A model generated the notes under the pieces. The model saw only the letters and a program-made list of their open reading frames with translations, made no database searches and had not been told where the DNA came from. This document shows, piece after piece, positions 59,816 to 64,000 of a stretch of DNA of 64,000 bases. Origin of the DNA: Trueperaceae bacterium. GTDB lineage: Bacteria; Deinococcota; Deinococci; Deinococcales; Trueperaceae. A program made the position numbers and the translations under genes. The stretch covers positions 1,376,001-1,440,000 of the forward strand of contig OZ243913.1 in NCBI GenBank assembly GCA_965213705.1. The letters run 5' to 3'. The first letter of the stretch is position 1. Each line of letters begins with the position of its first letter.

Positions 59816-59985
59816 CGGCAGGCTGGATTATAAGCTCAACGCTTCAAAAAAGCACCGAGTACCGTGTTAAAAATGTTTTTGACTCGGTACTTTCAACTCG
59901 GTCCTCGGTACTTTCGACTTGCCCCTTCCCCTGCATATAGCTTTGCTCATTACGCGCGCCCGCCGAAATAGGTCAATATAGAGAG

Positions 59986-61287
59986 GTGATTACCGACGAC
60001 TTAGCCCGCGAACTCATCGAATCCCACCCGCTCGACACTGCCAGGGTGTTGGAACGGCTCGAGCCTGACGCAGCCTGGGCGGTATTGGCCGGTTTGGACG
60101 AGGACTTGCGCCCGCCCATCGTCGAAGGCTTCAGCCCCGACTACGCCGCCCGGCTGCTGTTCGAGCCCAGTCTGGACACGGCCGTCGACATCGTCCGCGC
60201 GCTGCCCTCGGAGGTCAGCGCGGACATCTTGGAGCACCTCTCGGACGCCGAGAGTGAACGTCTGTTGAGCGCGCTGCCCAGCCTCCATGCCGACGAAATC
60301 GAAGAACTCAGCGAGTACCCCGAAGACACGGTGGGCAGCGTCATGAGCCCGGAATTTGTGGCGTTGCGTGACAGCGCCACCGTCGCCGACGCGCTGACGC
60401 GGTTGCGGCGCTTGGCGATGGTCGGGCGCAACGTGAACTACGTCTACGTCGTCGACGACGCGGGGCGGCTGCGCGGCGTGTTGGTGCTGCGCGACCTCAT
60501 CCTGGCGCAACCCGACACTTCCTTAAAGCGCCTCATGATTACCAACGTGGTCAAGGTTTACACGAGCGACGAACTCGACGACGTCGCCGACGTGCTGCTC
60601 GAGAAACGGCTGATGTCGGTGCCGGTAGTGGACGACGGCGAAACGCTGAAGGGGGTCGTCTTTGCCACCCAACTCGTCAACGAGTTGCAAGAAGAGGGCT
60701 TCGAAGACGCGCAAAAGATGTTCGGGGCCGGTTCGGACGAGCACGCTTCTTCGACGCCGCGCTTCGCCATCCGCAAGCGCTTACCCTGGTTGACGGTGAA
60801 CTTGGCGACGGCCTTTTTGGCGGCGGCCGTCGTCGGCGCGTTCAACAGCGTCATCGCGCAGATTACGATATTGGCGGCCTTTTTGCCGGTCGTCGCCGGT
60901 CAGGGCGGCAACGCGGGCGCGCAGGCCTTGGCCGTCACCCTGCGTTCGCTCGCGCTAGACGAACTCGACGCGCGCCGGCCGCGCAAGCTCATCGTCAAAG
61001 AAGCGTTGGTGGGCTTAACCAACGGCTTAGCGACCGGCGTTTTGGCCGGCGGTTTGGCGGCGCTCTTCAGCGGCAACGTAGCGCTCGGCTTCGTCATCGC
61101 GGCGGCGATGGTCCTGAACCTCGTCATGGCGGGGGTGGCGGGCGCGGCGATTCCGGTCGTGATGGAGCGCTACGGCCAAGACCCCGCGCAGTCGAGCAAC
61201 ATCATCCTGACAACGGTCACCGACATCGTCGGCTTCGCCTCGTTTTTGGGGTTGGCGGTGGCCGCCAAGGGTTGGTTGCTGCGTTAG
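59986..61287 (+). CDS. mgtE: Magnesium transporter MgtE
   Basis: CBS pair, RLPWL, GGNAGAQ, DPA, TTVTD. Confidence 0.93.
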   Translation: MITDDLARELIESHPLDTARVLERLEPDAAWAVLAGLDEDLRPPIVEGFSPDYAARLLFEPSLDTAVDIVRALPSEVSADILEHLSDAESERLLSALPSLHADEIEELSEYPEDTVGSVMSPEFVALRDSATVADALTRLRRLAMVGRNVNYVYVVDDAGRLRGVLVLRDLILAQPDTSLKRLMITNVVKVYTSDELDDVADVLLEKRLMSVPVVDDGETLKGVVFATQLVNELQEEGFEDAQKMFGAGSDEHASSTPRFAIRKRLPWLTVNLATAFLAAAVVGAFNSVIAQITILAAFLPVVAGQGGNAGAQALAVTLRSLALDELDARRPRKLIVKEALVGLTNGLATGVLAGGLAALFSGNVALGFVIAAAMVLNLVMAGVAGAAIPVVMERYGQDPAQSSNIILTTVTDIVGFASFLGLAVAAKGWLLR

Positions 61288-61398
61288 GTTTGGTCGCGGC
61301 CCGCTAAAGTCTGCCCGACTCGAGCCGCGACCGAACCAACGGTTTGGGCGTCGGGGTGTCGCTCATGTCCGACGTTCGCTGCGGCAGCTTCACTTTCC

Positions 61399-62076
61399 TT
61401 AGTTCGCTTTTCCGGGGTCACTTTTTCTGCGTCTGCGTCTCGAGCCCCGGCGGCGTTTGGGCGCTTCGGTTTGGGCGGGTTCGTCCGCATCGACGCGGAC
61501 GAGTGAAGCCTCCAAAGGGTGACCTTCAAAGGGTTGGCTCATCAGCAGGATGGGGTGAGGCGGCTCGGTTGCGACGTACAAGTAGCTGTTGCCCGGCCTG
61601 AGCACGTAGGCGTAGGCCGCCTTTTCGCCCGCGACCGTGTCCAGCGTCGTTTCGCCCAGGCGGTCGACCAAAACGGTTTTGCCGAGCAGCGGCACGCGCA
61701 GCGGGGTCTCGAGCGCGCCCAGGTTGCGAACGTGGTAGAGAAGGCCGAGCGGGTCCTCGAGCGGTTCTAAGTACGGCACCGCCGCGCTGTCGCTCCCGCC
61801 CCGCGTGGCCTTAACAAGACCGTCGTCTACGTCGAACTCGACGATGAAACTGCGGGAGTCGTTGGGCGTCACCGTTTTTTCTTGAAACGAAAAGCTGAAG
61901 AACTGCTCCCGGTGCACCTTGCTTTCTTGCGTTACGGTGCCGTTCAGCAGCCGGTCTTGCACCGTCAGTTTGGCCCCCAGCAGCGCCGTGCGGCCCCGGA
62001 AACTGGTGCTGAGCGTGTGGCTGCCCACGGGCTTGCCCCGCAGGGACAAGCGGTAGTGACAAACTTCGACTGACAT
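61399..62076 (-). CDS. Hypothetical protein (DUF3108-like beta-rich fold)
   Basis: DPLGLLYHVR motif, basic C-terminal tail; TAGTCT-N6-ATG. Confidence 0.7.
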   Translation of the reverse strand: MSVEVCHYRLSLRGKPVGSHTLSTSFRGRTALLGAKLTVQDRLLNGTVTQESKVHREQFFSFSFQEKTVTPNDSRSFIVEFDVDDGLVKATRGGSDSAAVPYLEPLEDPLGLLYHVRNLGALETPLRVPLLGKTVLVDRLGETTLDTVAGEKAAYAYVLRPGNSYLYVATEPPHPILLMSQPFEGHPLEASLVRVDADEPAQTEAPKRRRGSRRRRRKSDPGKAN

Positions 62077-62327
62077 AGTTTTAGACTAACATGGTGGATT
62101 GAGAACAAAGCAGAACCTCAACATTCGTTGACAGCCTGAATATTAAGGCTCGTAACCCGCAACCTACATCTTGTCCAAAGATTGTCAAGCAAAACGTTGT
62201 GTTTTTGATGTTGACTAGAGGGTGGTCGGCGTGCGGCAAATGCGCATCTCTACTCCTTTTTACATTTTCGGCAGGACAATTCTGTGTCCTTTGTAGTTTT
62301 CACCTTTGCGGCGTTTAGTTGTGCGAC

Positions 62328-62900
62328 CTAATCGTACATGCCTGGAGGAGCAACTACATCCTCTTCCTCAACAAAAACGTATTTCCCTGCCTCTAAATCG
62401 GTAACAACCTTTGTAAGGAACTCACTCCAACTAGAGGCAAGTACCTGTTCAGGACCCACCTCATGGGAATGGCTAAAAATTTGGCCTACATCCCCTCCAC
62501 TGGCTGGTTGAAGGTCGAGCATGAGGTGGTCGCCTGAATTATCGGTGAGCGGTAAACGAAAACTGTCCCAAAAAACGGGTCTGATATGTTTGTCAATAGA
62601 ATCTTCAACCTTCCAGTCAGCAGTTGCGTACTCACCGCTACGTTGCCAGTCTTTATACATGGCCCATTGGCGTAGCACCCCATCTAATGTCAGTAACTCA
62701 CCGTACCACAGCAAACCACAGTCACCACCATTGTGAAGTAGTAAAGATTCTCGGAAGTCATCAGGCAAAGACAAACCTATCTCGCGTTGAAATGCTTCAA
62801 TTTCTTCTTCAGTTGCTCCGGCATTTAAGGACAACATATTAGGATAGGTGTTTTCTTTGTACCACGCAACAATTCTTTGCCAAGATTCTAAAACACTCAT
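62328..62900 (-). CDS. SMI1/KNR4 (SUKH) family protein (AT-rich)
   Basis: LNAGATEEEI...LPDDFRESLLLHNG...GDHLMLDLQP...GQI...HE...LASSWSEFL. Confidence 0.9.
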   Translation of the reverse strand: MSVLESWQRIVAWYKENTYPNMLSLNAGATEEEIEAFQREIGLSLPDDFRESLLLHNGGDCGLLWYGELLTLDGVLRQWAMYKDWQRSGEYATADWKVEDSIDKHIRPVFWDSFRLPLTDNSGDHLMLDLQPASGGDVGQIFSHSHEVGPEQVLASSWSEFLTKVVTDLEAGKYVFVEEEDVVAPPGMYD

Positions 62901-63048
62901 AGTCTGTATATCACTCCTTCACAATCAAGTACGCCAAACTGTCCGTTTGAACATAATAGTCATAGCACCGAAAGATTGCATCTTCACCACATCCTAGACA
63001 ATATCCGGGTTTATGTTAGGCGTCCCCCAAAATCTTGGGCGTTTGTTT

Positions 63049-64000
63049 TCAAAACGGCAGGTCTTGCTTGTCCAACCGTCCGAGTTCGCCGGTCGACTTG
63101 CCCTGGCGCAGGATGTTGATAAACAAGTTGACCAACTCCGGGTCGAGTTCGTGGCCGCTCCTGAGCGTGAGGGCTTGCTCGACCTCGCGCGGGGAGAGTG
63201 CCTGGCCGCGTTCGCTGGACAACAGGTCGAAGGTGTCCGCGACCGCGACGATGCGGCCCAAAATGGGAATCTCTTCTTTGTACAGGCCGTCGGGAAAGCC
63301 CGAGCCGTCCCAGTTTTCGTGGTGCGAGCGGATGCCGGCGGTGGCGGCCATGAGGAGCGGCGAGGAGGCGACTAAGTTCGCGCCGCGCTGCGGGTGCTGA
63401 CTGTCCTCTGTGCTCAAGTCGAGCCCGGAGCCCAGCTTGCCGACGTCGTGAAGCATGGCGGCGTAGTAAAGGTCGGCCAAGCGCTCTTTGTCGAAGCCGA
63501 GCGCGCGGCCGACCGCGAGCGCGTAGGCGGTGACCCGGCTGGCGTGACCGAGTTGGGTGAAGTCTCTGGCCTCGGTGGCCTCGACAAAGGCGCGGGTAAA
63601 CTCGACTAAGCTGCGGCGGGCACGCACCCTGTCCAAGTACTGACCCTGCACCTCGCCTAGTACCGTGCTCCAGCGTTTGGCCGTCTTCAACTCCTCATCG
63701 GAAAAGGCGGGCGTCTTGTGACGGTGCAAAAAGAGAGTGCCGTACGGTTGGCCGTTGCCTGAGACGGGCACCATGATGGTGGACTTGACGTCGCGCAGGC
63801 CCAAGTCGCCGAGCAGGGCGCGAATCTCTTGGGGGTTCGGGGTAAACAGTTCGGGAACCAAGTTGGAGATGATGCGCGTTCGTGAGTCGCGCCACGGCCC
63901 GTTGCTGAGTTTTAGCTCGAGCAGCTCGCCCCCATAGCCTTCGACCGCGTCGAAGCGGACCTGCTCGCCCTCTTCGCGCCGCACCACGTAACCGCGCACG
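63049..64000 (-). CDS. GAF + HD-GYP domain protein (5' end outside window)
   Basis: HASRV, LHDVGK, HHENWDGSGFPDGL, VADTFD. Confidence 0.9.
   Translation of the reverse strand, partial: VRGYVVRREEGEQVRFDAVEGYGGELLELKLSNGPWRDSRTRIISNLVPELFTPNPQEIRALLGDLGLRDVKSTIMVPVSGNGQPYGTLFLHRHKTPAFSDEELKTAKRWSTVLGEVQGQYLDRVRARRSLVEFTRAFVEATEARDFTQLGHASRVTAYALAVGRALGFDKERLADLYYAAMLHDVGKLGSGLDLSTEDSQHPQRGANLVASSPLLMAATAGIRSHHENWDGSGFPDGLYKEEIPILGRIVAVADTFDLLSSERGQALSPREVEQALTLRSGHELDPELVNLFINILRQGKSTGELGRLDKQDLPF

Noticed and set aside
1..64000. tRNA, rRNA, prophage or integrase genes
   Set aside because: None recognised in the sequence

Overview
GC-rich bacterial chromosomal window, most likely Deinococcota (Truepera-like). 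This is inferred from a complete Thermus-order V/A-type ATP synthase operon (G-I-K-E-C-F-A-B-D), many apparently leaderless genes with a TANNNT box 6-7 nt before the start codon, and a bacillithiol-system ytxJ. Core content: ABC transporters, acyl-CoA enzymes, deoD, two roadblock proteins, a PP2C + Ser/Thr kinase pair, a YdiJ-like oxidoreductase, two sugar-catabolism clusters, an Aap/Bzt amino-acid ABC system, a PilT-family ATPase, rimO, folC, mgtE and an HD-GYP protein. Three AT-rich islets carry (i) an IS5-disrupted zinc-metallopeptidase pseudogene plus a lipoprotein and an ISAs1 scar, (ii) a solo HEPN-like gene and (iii) an orphan SMI1/KNR4 gene. The best candidate for an undescribed system is a GntR-associated amino-sugar operon: GH4 with a non-canonical CEGP motif, DUF3445/heme N-demethylase-like protein, NagB and a sugar kinase. 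It has no nagA and is bracketed by a 53-bp inverted repeat pair. Other notable signals are a highly iterated palindrome GCTCGAGC with strong GATC avoidance, an AapQ permease with a large inserted Ca-binding-like domain, and several unannotated repeat families. All counts were made by eye and family assignments are by motif recognition, not database search.
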